Positions 44,901 to 56,872 of a stretch of DNA of 64,000 nucleotides are shown in pieces; the first letter of the stretch is position 1; the number at the start of each line of letters is the position of its first letter. Location: the NCBI GenBank assembly GCA_946965045.2, contig OX337242.1:434001-498000 (forward strand), given 5' to 3'. This DNA comes from Epithemia pelagica (Eukaryota > Protista > Bacillariophyta). The translations under genes and the position numbers were made by a program. Under the pieces are notes generated by a model. That model saw only the letters and a list, made by a program, of their open reading frames with translations. It did not search any database and had not been told where the DNA came from.

Positions 44901-46412
44901 TTAACAAATCGTGTCGAAAAGCGTGGCAAGATTCTTTGTCGCAGGCGGGATGTTGGTCCGATTATCACAATTCACAAAACACTCCGTGAAGGAGGCCTTG
45001 TCTAAGTGAAGTTGAATGTGATGAATTTCGGCAAATCCTCCAAACTTCAGACGCGAGGATGACCAGGACTCTCGATGTACGACATGATACTTACTTTGGT
45101 TCCACCCACCTAGTGACGTGAGGGAAGGGCTGAGGCCGGATCGTCGAAAGCGTCGTGCTCGTCTGTCATTGAGACGGTAGGCCTCGTGGATTCGAACTCC
45201 TCTCGTATGATGATCGGTCGATTGAGAAATGGTCGTTACGACATGGTCCGTCAATGGATCGGGTCGATACGGAACAGCCCTGACCGGAAACTCGGGATGA
45301 TGACAGTGTAACAATCCCAGAAACATGAGACGATGATACAAATCATCATCTTCAAATCCATAGCCTTGAAATTGATTGTCCATCCCATTGATACTCGCCC
45401 AATGTTGCTGATGAATCGTCATTATGGCCCCAGCAAACTGTGGGTAGACGAGGGAAAAGCCAGAACTTTGGGAATAACCGGCCAAATGGAGGGGATTGGA
45501 ACAGGTATGGTATCGAGACTTGGTAAACATGGCCGGAACCAAATCAACGTCGTGAATTGTGACACACTTCGTGTCGGCTGATACATGATCCAATCCGGCA
45601 TTCATCAACAGAGCTCGATTGAACAATTCGTCATCCACTTGATCCATGATGAACAAGGAAAACTCGTGTTGCTCCGTGTTCGGATCTTGTTGGTCGCTTT
45701 GCTGATAATGGTAATGAAGGAAATAATCCATATAATCAATGAATCGTTTCAAATGAAATGATCGATCTCGGTAAGGAATGACAATGGCGTGTTTGTGAAT
45801 GCGTTTGGACTGTTCCTGGTATGGACTACTGGAACCGGTTTGCGGCCCAGCAGTAGAAGAAGTTTTTGAAGAGGTATTGGTGTGGTTTGCCGTGCTTGTC
45901 GGTCGTTGTCCAAAGGGAGCATGAATGACCCAGGAATCGGCCAGCTCGTCGTAGACCTCTTGACAAAGGTTTGCACTGAAGACCCTTTTGGGGGGTGAAA
46001 CATGGGCATCACGCCTCTTGCAGAGCGTCTCTTTGGGCAAACTGGACAAGATCGAGTTCAACCATTTTCGTTTGGCGCCAATGCGTTCCGTCCAACTGAT
46101 GTGCCCCAATGATGATGATGATGACGACGACAAGGACCCGTTTTCCATTTTGTGGAATGTGTTCTCCGAAAGAACCTCACCACCAGGACCATTGGAACAC
46201 GAATTGAAAAGGGTTGTCATGTAATCCGCAATGCCAGTAGCTCCGTGAAGGTCATATGTGTACGTGGACAGAAGAGTGAATTGCAGAAAGCTAAAGAGCA
46301 AAATGCCCAGACTCGCAAAAGCCCAAATGTACCCTGCATGGTTTGGGCTGTTCCTGCTCCTCCTCATGGCTGCAAAATACAAACCCTGACGAGAAACTGT
46401 GACCTTCGCCAT
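44901..46412 (-). CDS. GT7 beta-1,4-galactosyltransferase-like protein, copy B (intronless)
   Basis: HAIVIPYRDRSFHL, FNRALLMNAG, IHDVDLVP, FAGAIMT, INGMDNQFQGYGFEDDDL and TM IWAFASLGILLFSFLQFTLL. First in-frame ATG downstream of the track start is at 46412. Confidence 0.92.
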   Translation of the reverse strand: MAKVTVSRQGLYFAAMRRSRNSPNHAGYIWAFASLGILLFSFLQFTLLSTYTYDLHGATGIADYMTTLFNSCSNGPGGEVLSENTFHKMENGSLSSSSSSSLGHISWTERIGAKRKWLNSILSSLPKETLCKRRDAHVSPPKRVFSANLCQEVYDELADSWVIHAPFGQRPTSTANHTNTSSKTSSTAGPQTGSSSPYQEQSKRIHKHAIVIPYRDRSFHLKRFIDYMDYFLHYHYQQSDQQDPNTEQHEFSLFIMDQVDDELFNRALLMNAGLDHVSADTKCVTIHDVDLVPAMFTKSRYHTCSNPLHLAGYSQSSGFSLVYPQFAGAIMTIHQQHWASINGMDNQFQGYGFEDDDLYHRLMFLGLLHCHHPEFPVRAVPYRPDPLTDHVVTTISQSTDHHTRGVRIHEAYRLNDRRARRFRRSGLSPSLTSLGGWNQSKYHVVHRESWSSSRLKFGGFAEIHHIQLHLDKASFTECFVNCDNRTNIPPATKNLATLFDTIC

Positions 46413-47213
46413 TGTCGATTCAATCTCACCAACCCCCAACCCCCAACCCCCCCCCCCCAGAAATAGTCCCAGCCGGTTTGAGATGCCATCTAAGACTAAC
46501 AAAAGCGACTGCGACATGGTTTAGTCGCTCGAAAGACGTCTGGTCGCTTTTTTTCGCATTCTTGTTGGCAGCTTCTTTCTATTTTATTGATGGGTGGACA
46601 ACGAGAGACGAGAGGGAGCAGCGAGAGAACGCGACAGAGCAAACCATGACAACAACAATATATAACGAGGGTACAAGCTGAGTTCAGGGAGTGTGTTCCT
46701 GTCGTAGACTCCTGTAGAATTTGTACCAGAGGAGTAATCCTGGAAAGCGTTCTGCGTTATTAGTGTCCGACTAGCGACTTCCTAGTGGCTGAAATAAATA
46801 TTTTATTAACTTTAGTGTTATGTGTGATTTCTTCCGAACGCTAGAATTTCATCAAAAATTACGAAAAAACAGTCGACTGTGTTGACCATGGTGGAGGGCC
46901 ATCCCAACCGCAAACGATGTTGCCGAGCTGCATCCATCTCCCTCAGGGTGTTGTTGGACCGCCACCAATGGGGCAACATCGTTCTCGGTTGGCATCATCC
47001 ACAACAACATGATCATCGGACGCACCCCACGCACGATAGTCTCGTACAAAACGAAGTTTTTCTGGGGGAACGCGAGATTGTCGAGTTTCGGAAGCACTTT
47101 GCACAACAGAGGCATAATTATAAGGGCTATATTAACAAAGATGGCTGGCGCGTATTACGTAGATTTCCTACTGGAGCGCTACGACAGGAACATTCTGTCT
47201 GAACTCAGCTTGT

Positions 47214-47326
47214 AGGCTGCTTAGGGCACGAGTGCCGTTACAGCTGGCGCACGAGTGCGTGCAGCTTCAGCTGCCGCACGAGTGCGCACAACAGCTGTAA
47301 CGGCACGAGTGCCCTAAGCGTAGCCT
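47214..47326. repeat. 113-bp palindromic element with about 33-bp arms, containing 4 x GCACGAGTGC dyads alternating with 3 x CAGCTG
   Basis: Left arm aggctgcttagggcacgagtgccgttacagctg; right arm cagctgtaacggcacgagtgccctaagcgtagcct. Dyads (including one flanking base each side) start at 47225, 47248, 47275 and 47302. Confidence 0.9.
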
Positions 47327-48007
47327 GCCCTCAGTTAAAAATGTAATTTCACAGTGTCGATACTTTATTCCAAAGTAGACGAGTGCTATTAGTCCCTACA
47401 TGTAGTAGTCGCTATCCCTACTATCTACTACATAGTATCCTTTATCCTCTAGGAGGAGGAGTACTTGCTTGGCATCAAGTTTTTCTTGGCATCAAATTCT
47501 CTAAATTGCAATGTGGAAACCGCAAGTCTCAGATGCGATGACATTCTGACAAATCCAAGAAATATTACGAAGCAATGCGACGAGCGGATGATTTCTCGCA
47601 AGATACTGCAAGGTTCCTCACGTCTACACGAACACGTTTCCTTTCATTCGCTATCTCCACCTAACACCCACTCGTTGGTGATGCCACGGTTTGCTCGAAA
47701 ATCATGGTTGCTTCAACACGGATGGACGGATGGGTAGTCTCAGGTGACTGGAGGTTGCGTGAATCTCCTACGGGAACTTGTACTTATTTGGTTATCTTAC
47801 ACGGACCATGTGTGATGGAGAGCCTCGAAACAGCCAAACCGTATTACCATCCTACTTTGGCTCACAAATTCTGGTTTTTCAAACAAAAATTAGCAACAAC
47901 AACAACAATAGACTCAGGTAAGCCACCAAACTTGGACGATACTCATGATATCCCTGGGAGAAAGTCAATGAACTCACACATTGGTTGGCTTTTTATTTAG
48001 CAACACA

Positions 48008-51000
48008 ATGAATTTCAAGAAGCCTACTTTTGTCCAGGAACGATTCCCGGATAATGAGCCTGGTACCTCTCCAAAATTTGGTATCTTTCCATCACTCTTG
48101 TCTATCGGCGGATTGGTCTTTGCTTCGGCTAGTTCCCTTTACCTGGCTTCCATTCTCTCTCACCCGGAGTGGGCCTTCCAGTTGAACCCGTATCGTCGAG
48201 AGGCCACGACAAGTATCGAGTTGGGACGAGCCTGCGCTTGCTTCTTCCCCCATGTCTTATCCACAACCTATTCGGTTTGTGATCACCAGAAGATTCCCGT
48301 TGCCACAAGTCCTACCGATGATACAGCGCCACTTTGGATGGTGCAGCCTTTTTATTTGGCTGCAGGTGGAGCTCTCCTAGGCTGTGTCTCCGAACTGGTT
48401 CTTTTGTGTTTCCGGAAGCCATTTGAACACTCTGTCAATGTAGTATCTTCCTTGATCCAGCGTCTATGCCATGCCAACCTTGCTGCTACAGTTTCGACTC
48501 AACTTTTCGTCTCGCTGGCCCTCACGACCTCCTGGGAAAGCGTCTCTTCTCGTTCGTGGATTCTCATGTGTTTGGCTACCTTTCTGACAACCTTTCTTGC
48601 ACCTGCCCTTTTCTGGAATGGATGCAAGATCCGTGGTGGAGTGGACGCCCTCCCTTACATTCTCTTCATCATTCATGCTGTCCAGTTTGTGTGGGTGGTA
48701 AGTGTTGTGTGGATCGTGCTTCTACAGAACATTTGTCGTTCACGAACCAACCCCCTGTGCTTTTTCCACATACAGACAACGAAGGAAGCCATTGCCGGGG
48801 GGATCTACGTGAACTATGCGTTGGCTTTCAATACACTTGCCCATCTAATTGCAACCTCGTGGGTCCAAACCAGTACTCCTCTTAAGAGTTTTCTCCGTCA
48901 CGTTCTTTCATCGCTTGGCTTGGGTGCTATGTACATTGCGCTCATGTTGGCAGGGAACAGTACTTTATCAGTTCACGATCTGTCGCTTGATCAGCAAGTG
49001 GAGAAGGGTCATAAGGGTTTGTGGCCGTTGGTCTTGACTTCTGGATTGGTGGGTCTTTTGGCGGTTATGAAGTCTTTCCCTTTTCTGTACCAAACAGCCC
49101 GTTCAGAGTTAAGCTGCATCATCTGGTCCATCCCATACTTTGTATTGCTTGCAAACCCAGCTCCTCCTACTCCCATACCCTTGCGTCATGTCTATGCAAA
49201 AAGCCCGCCTCAGAGAGTTCTTGTCGTGCCATATTCAAGGGCTCACCCTTACGAAATGTCTCAAAATCTGTCTGTCCCCGCGATTGCAGGGTACGTATTA
49301 AGAAAGCATCGTCCATCTGTTGCATTTCTGAGCAGCAAAAGTATTCTCACATTCGTTGTTTATTCTATTTCTTGCTCTTCCAAAAGCCGGCTTCCCGCGA
49401 CGGTTGTTGAAAACGCTGGGCAGTTGCTCGGGAAGGTATCCAATTTCTTCTTTGGCTTCGCGTTACTTGACCGTTTTTTCCCTCAAGACAATACAAACGA
49501 ACGTTTACACGAGAAAGTTCGTCTTGCCCTCGATGAAGATGGCCGTAAACGCCATCCTGGTAAGTTTTCATTGGGCACGGTGAAGTCGGATCCACATTCT
49601 GTGTCAGGCGTTCCTCACTCCAACGGTTCTGTTAAGTTATATTCTCTGTCCCATTCCAAGGCTTTCCAGCAAAGGCCAAGTCCCTTCCACCAGCACCACA
49701 GCCTGCAATTGAGAGTTTCAAGGAAGGACAGTACCTTGCAATTCTTTGTCAGTATGGAATTGGCAACACTTTCATGAAGCAGGCCGTCGAGACGAGTACC
49801 TATCCGTTCTTTGCATTGGTCCCATGTGACCGCGATGTTCCACATTACTCACTCGTGATTGACTTTCGGAACCTCGAACAGTATGAGGTGAAGGAAGACT
49901 ACGAGCCGTATGGCGGTGTGGCGTTCTTCTCCATTAACGAAGAAAGAAACTTGCAGCTCCGTTGGGTGATTGCCCCACGTGAAAAACAAAAGATTATGGT
50001 CGACGAAGATGACATGACATTTCGTCGCGCTGAGGCAATGATTGTATCGACACTGTCATTCAAGGTTGTGGCAGAAAAGCATTTATTGGAGTTACATATG
50101 TCGTACAACCTATTGGAAGTCACCAACATCAACGCATTTGATGTCGCAATGAATCAGGAAAAGAAAAAGGATTTCAATTTCCATCCGCTGCGCATTGTTT
50201 TATACATCCACCTATTCTCGCACGGTCTGGCGGAAGAATTGACAACAGAGCACTTGCTACAAATTGAGAGTGTCTTTCCGCAGGTCTTTGCGCTAAAATA
50301 TCCTGATCTCATACAGTGCTTGGGGACGAACTTCAAGAACTTCACCTATGCTTCAGATGAAGACTTTACTGCCCGCGGAAGAGTGAATGAGATGTTGACT
50401 GGTACGTATGCAAAGTATTCCAACGATTATCTTCCGTTTTCCAATCAAGTAGCGTGGGAGATGGACTATCACCAGTTATTCCGACGATATGCTGAGAGGA
50501 TCATGACGGCTGTGTATGGTCATGATGATCGAAATGTTCAAGCGGACCAAGTTCTCCAAAACTACTACTCTGCATTGGAAAACATTTTTCAGAGTATGCC
50601 AGAGCGTTATGAACAATTTCAATCGCTCCATGGTATCGTCACCTTCGTCGCAGACACGATCCATCACTTGGTGATTCGTCACCATGTGTACGGTACGAGT
50701 GGGACAGTCATGGCATTTGACCCGCGTTTAGGCTTTACCCAGACGGCAAAAGATGGAGGGCCTCCAGCTTTGGACGCGTATCGTTCCCTGGAATTTGCTG
50801 GTATGGCAACTGCATATGCGAACTTTGTTCGTCTCGTCGTCCGAAATGGACAAGAAGATAAATTTCAAAAGGTGTTCGACGATGCCACTCCCGTTCCAAG
50901 GGCTGTAGGTGCAACTTTGTCACAAGTTGAACTGGTACATGAAATGAAACTGGCGTGGTCCGAAATGCAAAGCAGCCTGTGTGATCTTCAACGATGCTGG

Positions 51001-51099
51001 GAGGTAGTGTCTTCGGATGAGGAACCGCACCGTAACGACATCAACTTCATGTATTGCCGTCCTACTCCGAATGAATTGCATGCGGGCCCCGGATTCTGA
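48008..51099 (+). CDS. Lipoxygenase-like protein fused to an N-terminal multi-pass membrane domain; introns 48698-48775, 49291-49386, 49560-49660
   Basis: The GTAAGT...CAAG intron (49560-49660) joins track ORFs 47981.. and 49774.. in frame. LOX motifs: KHLLELH (H-x4-H), HPLRIVLYIHL, VFPQVFAL, IRHHVYG; C-terminus ELHAGPGF. About 7-9 hydrophobic segments precede the LOX region. Confidence 0.8.
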
Positions 51100-51436
51100 A
51101 GACGGTACCGAGAGATTTGGTTCATCTTTATCCGATACCGAAAAGTTCCAATGAATGAGGAAAAACCAACATGCAGATCCCTCATCACCCCAAAACAGGG
51201 TTTAAGTCAACAACAGAATTAAGACATGTATCAAAGTGTAGAGAAAAGTGAGCTACGTCTCTATCCTATTCGTAATACGCCTGTGATTTTAGGTTCGTTC
51301 TGTATACCTCTTCTCTAGTGCTGCGTCGTACCAAAACGTACCAGGAACGCATTCCATATGCCATTGATCGTCTTGCGTTGGTCGTGTACGTATCTGTCCC
51401 AGGACGTTGCATGTGCCGTTTCTGGCTTTTTGTCTA

Positions 51437-54400
51437 TTACGGCGTCGTTGTTGCCGGTCGCCCTCCCCGTTGCATCCACAACAAGTGCATCAACAATGCC
51501 TTACTGGACGATCGACACGAATGTCCAGCTTGGCACAAACCGGCAATGGCATCGAGCAAAATATCCGACAAGTTGCCTTCAAAATCGTTCCGCAAAGAGT
51601 GGACCATGTCTTGTCCAATCCCAAAATCACGTTCCAGGGCTTGCCACAACAATATTTGGTCCTTGTTGTTGTTGCTTTGATTCTTGATCAGCCCATTGTG
51701 GGAGAACGGAATGGACGACCCGGACGATGACACGACATTGATCATACTCGTCGATGTCGGAGTACGGGCTCGAAGGGCCAAATATTGAGTCTGCTGGTCT
51801 GGTTTCTCGCCAGTGGCTTGGAAAGAGGGGTCCTCGTGAGTCGCTTTCGATTTCGGAGGAGCTTCTAGACCCCTCACACATGAATGTATCTTGTTTGGGA
51901 TATTGGGGTTGCTACTACCGTCGTTGTTGTTGTCAGCTGGACACGATGGGAGGGCTTGTCGAATGCGGTGATGTTCCTTGGTGGGCAAGGCCTCCATACC
52001 AGCCTTTACCTGAAATCCCATGGTCATGCCGACTGTTACGCATCCTTGCATGTCCTGTTCGCGGGACAACCATCCACCTTTTTCGTCCAATGAAAAGTTC
52101 ACGGATACAGGACTCATCGAGTTGCTTCCTCCTCGCAGAAAGGGCTCCTTATTGGACGACCCTGAAGAAAAAGACGAGGACAATGGCATGGTCGACGAGG
52201 ATTCAAACAGGGCTTGTTCTTGGTGGGGATTGTAGTAGCGCCAATCCACATAGTGATTGATGCACCAAACACGGACCGCATGATGCTGACTGCGCGATTG
52301 CGCCGAATAATGACCATAGACATCTCCCAAGGCGTGTCGGGCTTGCCATTGGATCAACTCAATAAAGCTGTGCGCCAAAGCATCGTCGGCATCCAATCGC
52401 GTCTCCAACAAGACACGATGCTGCGCCGCCTCATAATACGACAAGAGTACATGAGCGCTCCCATGCAGCAAAAAGTGGTCCACCGTGGACTGGTCGATTT
52501 GCTGCTGTTCGACATTTTTCTTTTTCTTCTTCGTCTTGTGCGACTGTCGGAGCAATCCATTCATGCCTTGTCGAAAATTCTCCTGGACGACATGGGTAGC
52601 TCCGACAATGACTGTTGGAGCCATGGTAGCAGTGTTGTTGTGTCCATGGTTCGTTTGAGCAGCAAACTCCACAATTTGAATCAATTCGTCCAACAAGGTT
52701 GAGTGCAAATCCGGATCGGTCCAAATTATCCACAAATACTGTCCATTGGTTTGCTGTCGCATACTGGGAACGGTAAAGGTCCGAAACAATTCCAAACGAG
52801 CACTAACAATAAAAATAGAATCATGATTTCATGTAAGTGAGGATAGGATTCCCAAGAGTGTGACCACAAACATCAAATCCATTCACACAGGCGCTGCCCA
52901 CTTTACGTACCGTCCCAAATGCAACAAATTGGGTTGATGTTGCATGAATCGGGTATGGACGACATGAACCAGATTGTACTTGTTGTTCCAGGTCGTTGTC
53001 GTAGTTGTTGTGGTTGTAACGGAACGTGTTCTCATCTCGGTAATGTCTTGTTGAGTGGTGGGTGTCGGAAGGAGAGGGGACTCTGCCCGTGTCTGTGCTG
53101 TGTTTCTATGATTGGTTGAATTCTGGAAGATGACTGTTGTCGTGGTCGTCGTCGCATTCATGTTCGACAGGGCTAAAGTGCTATTGGTTGCCGCATCATA
53201 CGGTCCTACGAGGGGATGGGGCGACGGAACTCCGAGGGGTGTAGTACGAGGTCCTTTGTCTTGTTGTTGTGGTGGTGGTTGTTGTTGTTCCACCACCACA
53301 CTCTGCCAGAGTTGCAGGACCGTGTCCCAATGCGGTCCTTGACACGCATGAGCTCCTTGTGGTTGCTGTTGTTGTTTGGAAAACATTCGAGACCATCGAG
53401 ACTGGATCCAAGTTGACAGAAACCCGTCGTTGTCATTGTTCTCCGTGTTTGCGGTCATTGTCGTGGTGGTCCATGGTCGACCCACTGGTGGCAGGCGAAA
53501 CGGGTCCACACCAGCACAGTTTGCTTCTTCTTGCTTTTGCTGTTGTTGTTGTTGAAAGCGTTGCACTTGTTGTTGAATCAAAGTGGCATTGAACCCATTG
53601 GACTGGATTGACCAGACCCAGGGTTGGACCTGTCGTTTGAGGGCCCGGGGAGAAATGCCAAACCGATGCGGCAAACTGGCAAACAAGGCATTTTGAAAGG
53701 GTTTCCAACCCGCACTAATGGCAATACCACTACTGCCGACAGGCAGCTGGCTCCTCATTCTTCCCTTGTTGTCTTTCTTGTCGTTTCGCACCATGCGTTC
53801 GTCATCGACCCCATGGTCATTGGGAGTGGTGTCGGGTGGTTCCACGACCTGGACCATTCCCACACGAGTCCAATCGTCCAGAGCGGGTGTCACGGCATGC
53901 AAGATTGAGTATTCCTCCTGTGTCCATCCCTCTATACTCCAATACTCCCAACAAGTAAAAGGACTACTCCCAGACGGATGGGATGTGGATGGAACCAACC
54001 CGGCCATGATGGTCGTCCACGAACTCCACGACACTCTCCTCATGGCGGTGGTGGCTTGTTGCCACCAGACACGTCCCATGGACCACATTGATGATGATGA
54101 TGATACTGGTACATGGCTGGATGCACTGGATCTAGGAATAGCGCTGTCACAAAAAGGTAGTTCCACCATGGTGGTGGTTCTGCTCCTCGTGCTGCTAGTG
54201 CTAACGGGGATCCAATCGTGCCACCACCACCAGTCGGCCCACCACGCCGGACTCATGAGCTCGTCCTTGATGTCATCGTTGTCTGGACGATTTCGAGAAG
54301 TACGACGACGACGAGGTTCCACCAACGAGGGTCGTTCCACGAATTGCAGCAACAACATCCGCATGGGTGGTTGTACTGGAGACGAAGGAGTGTCGACGTG

Positions 54401-56287
54401 TCCCTTGTTCTGCTTCGGTTGTTTGTGGTTCGTGTGGGACCACCACCACACAACAAACGGGTCGCTCGCGTGTTGCAGGGTATACGAGGCAGTCGGACTA
54501 GTTGTTCCAGCCGAGCGCGAAAAAGACGAAAAAGAAACAGGACTGGTGGACTTGTTGTCGTCGTTGTTGGCATTCGGCTCGGCTTCTTTTACCATCACAA
54601 CCTCCCTCCTCCTCCAGGCATGCGCCACGGTAACACCCGATTCCTCCAAATCACAACCGTATGGGTGGTGGTGGTGGTTCTTTGTTGTTGTTGGTTCCAA
54701 CAACATGCCTCGCGGATACATGGAATACTCCTCATTCATCTCATTATACAATGCCGATCTTGTGTTTCGTCGTTTCTGGTTCTTGTTGGCAGTCTTTGGC
54801 CATGGTTGAGCATGCCATTCCAATACAGCTGGTTGTTGTTGTTGCCCAGGAGAAGAAGGAGGAGGACACCACACGTGCCAAAACAGGCTCGTCTCCTTTG
54901 GTTTCGAACGAAAACGACCATGGGAATCCTCCTTGTCCTGCCAGACGGCCTCTTGGAATTGGACCTGAGCTTGCTGTTGCAAGGTTTCCAACACGACGGT
55001 CGACATTGCATGGGAAGCTTGCCACGTGGTGTGCAATTCCAGGCCGTACTGAATCCGGCAATCCTCCTTCGTGTGGGTCGTTTTTGTTGCGGTGGTCGTT
55101 GTGGTTGAGGCATCGCGTCGTGACGAACCCCCATACTGCTGCTCTTCGGTATCGAATAAAATGTCTTGGTGGTGTGGAACAGACTCATGACTGGTTGTCC
55201 TTGTCCTTGCGCTCGGTGGTGGCGATTGGAACAAGAAAGGATCTCGAGCTCGTTGCACCACCACACGCAGCAATGAATGGTCCACCCACAAGGGCCGGTC
55301 CGTATCCTTCGTATCGTTATTCTTGTCGTGGTTCAAAGGCAAGACGTTGGTAAACCAGGTTTGGACGGCTTGCAGTGTCTCACGAACCTCGTCGTCGTCG
55401 TCGTTGTTCTCGTCCTTGTCCTGGTCGACACGAATCCATACAATATAGGTATGAAACCAACGTGGTGGATGCTCCGTGTGATTGTCGTTGTTGGTATGAT
55501 TGTCGTCGTTGTCGTTCTTGTCCTTGTTCTTCGGAAAGGCCAATAGAACTGCCGTTTGATGGACGAAACTGGACCACGCCATTGTCTTCCACAGGTGCAA
55601 TCGAGTCTGCACCACGGCGGGAAATCGTCCAACGGAGGGCAGGGTCAAGGGAACATGAAGGACATGATGATGATAATGATGATATTGACATTGATATGAA
55701 ACAAGGGAATCTGGACGAGACGGATCCTGGCTGGTGGTGGTAGAGTCACTGGTGGTGGTGGTGGTGGTGGTTGTCGTCCCACGGATCCTGCGGTCCTGGC
55801 TCTTACTTTTTCCATACCACCCTCCATTCCCAACCAACAAAAGGACGGCAAGGACGAGGAGGAGCCCGAGGCGCACCAGCCGCTGCCGCCGCCCACGGCC
55901 AGGACCACAATCGGGAGGACAACAACGACCAGACGCCCCTGCTGGTGCATGCCAAAAAAGGGTGCGAACCGTCTTGTCGTAGAAGTGATTGGTATTATGG
56001 CATGGGTCTGTTTGTTGCGTCCTGGTGGTGGCGGTCCTCCTGCTGCTCCACCAACCACCATCACCCGGACAGTGCCAGTGTTGTGTGAGACTGCCGCTCT
56101 TGTGGTGGTTGTTGCTGTTGCTGGTGGTGGCTGCTGCCGCCGCCGCCACCAATGGGTCGGCCTCCTTGGGTAGTGCAATTACGGGAGGAGAAACCACAGC
56201 AACCGACGGTACTACGGTCGTCCTTGTCCTTGGAACCGTTCTTGCCCTTGTGGTATTTTTACGGACACGAGGAGTCGTCCTGACCAT
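51437..56287 (-). CDS. About 1580-aa type-II membrane protein with a putative rhamnosyltransferase-like (GT-A) domain plus a degenerate upstream copy; exons 56287-52911 and 52802-51437
   Basis: A 108-nt GTACGT...TTAG intron restores VVHTRFMQHQPNLLHLGR|ARLELFRTFTVPSMRQQT...YLWIIWTDPDL...LLETRLDADDAL...VWC. TM segment LVRLGLLLVLAVLLLVG. Confidence 0.82.
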
Positions 56288-56769
56288 GATGATGGTACGG
56301 ATCGCTTTGTAGACAGTCGGCAACCGCGCTTTGTTGTTGTGTGTGTGTTGTTTTGGAAATGGTCGTAGTTGTGTTTGTTGGTTTGATACAGAGAAAGAGA
56401 GACGGGAGAGAATAGGGTGGTTGTTTATAGTCCACACATGCCACCGAGAGAAAACTCGCGTGTGCGATAAGAGGAGCAAGGAAGGGTCTTCTTCCTTCCT
56501 CTACACACACAACATGCCTTGCTTTCTGGGGACTGGAAGTAAGCAGTCGAGAGAGGATTCCCACTTTCCACATCTTTCTCTAGAGAAAAGAGACGGCTGC
56601 CACACTGCTCACACAGCCAAACGGAACGAGGCGGAGGAGAAAGATGAGCCATGTGTGTCTCACCGGATGACACACCCACAACCCACATACACACACCCAC
56701 ATTCTGTGCGGCACAACCAATCCTCACAAAACCAAAGAGAAGCGTGTATGTGTGTGTGTGTGTGAGAGA

Positions 56770-56872
56770 ATCCGCCTCCATCGCCATGGTTCAAAAGGTT
56801 CAACCGCCTCCATGGTTCAAAAAAAAGAGATGATGTTCAACCGCCTCCATGGATCCAAAAAAAAGAAATGAT
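56770..56872 (+). repeat. Imperfect tandem repeat, 3 x ccgcctccatgg(t/a)tc(c)aaaa, in a divergent promoter region
   Basis: Copies at about 56773, 56804 and 56841. Confidence 0.75.

Noticed and set aside
46879-47202. 107-aa ORF as a gene
   Set aside because: Non-ATG start, short and without a recognisable motif; at best a remnant.
49774-51099. Lipoxygenase as a standalone gene starting at ATG 49774
   Set aside because: A consensus intron at 49560-49660 links it in frame to the upstream membrane-domain exons, and the frame is open from 49661.
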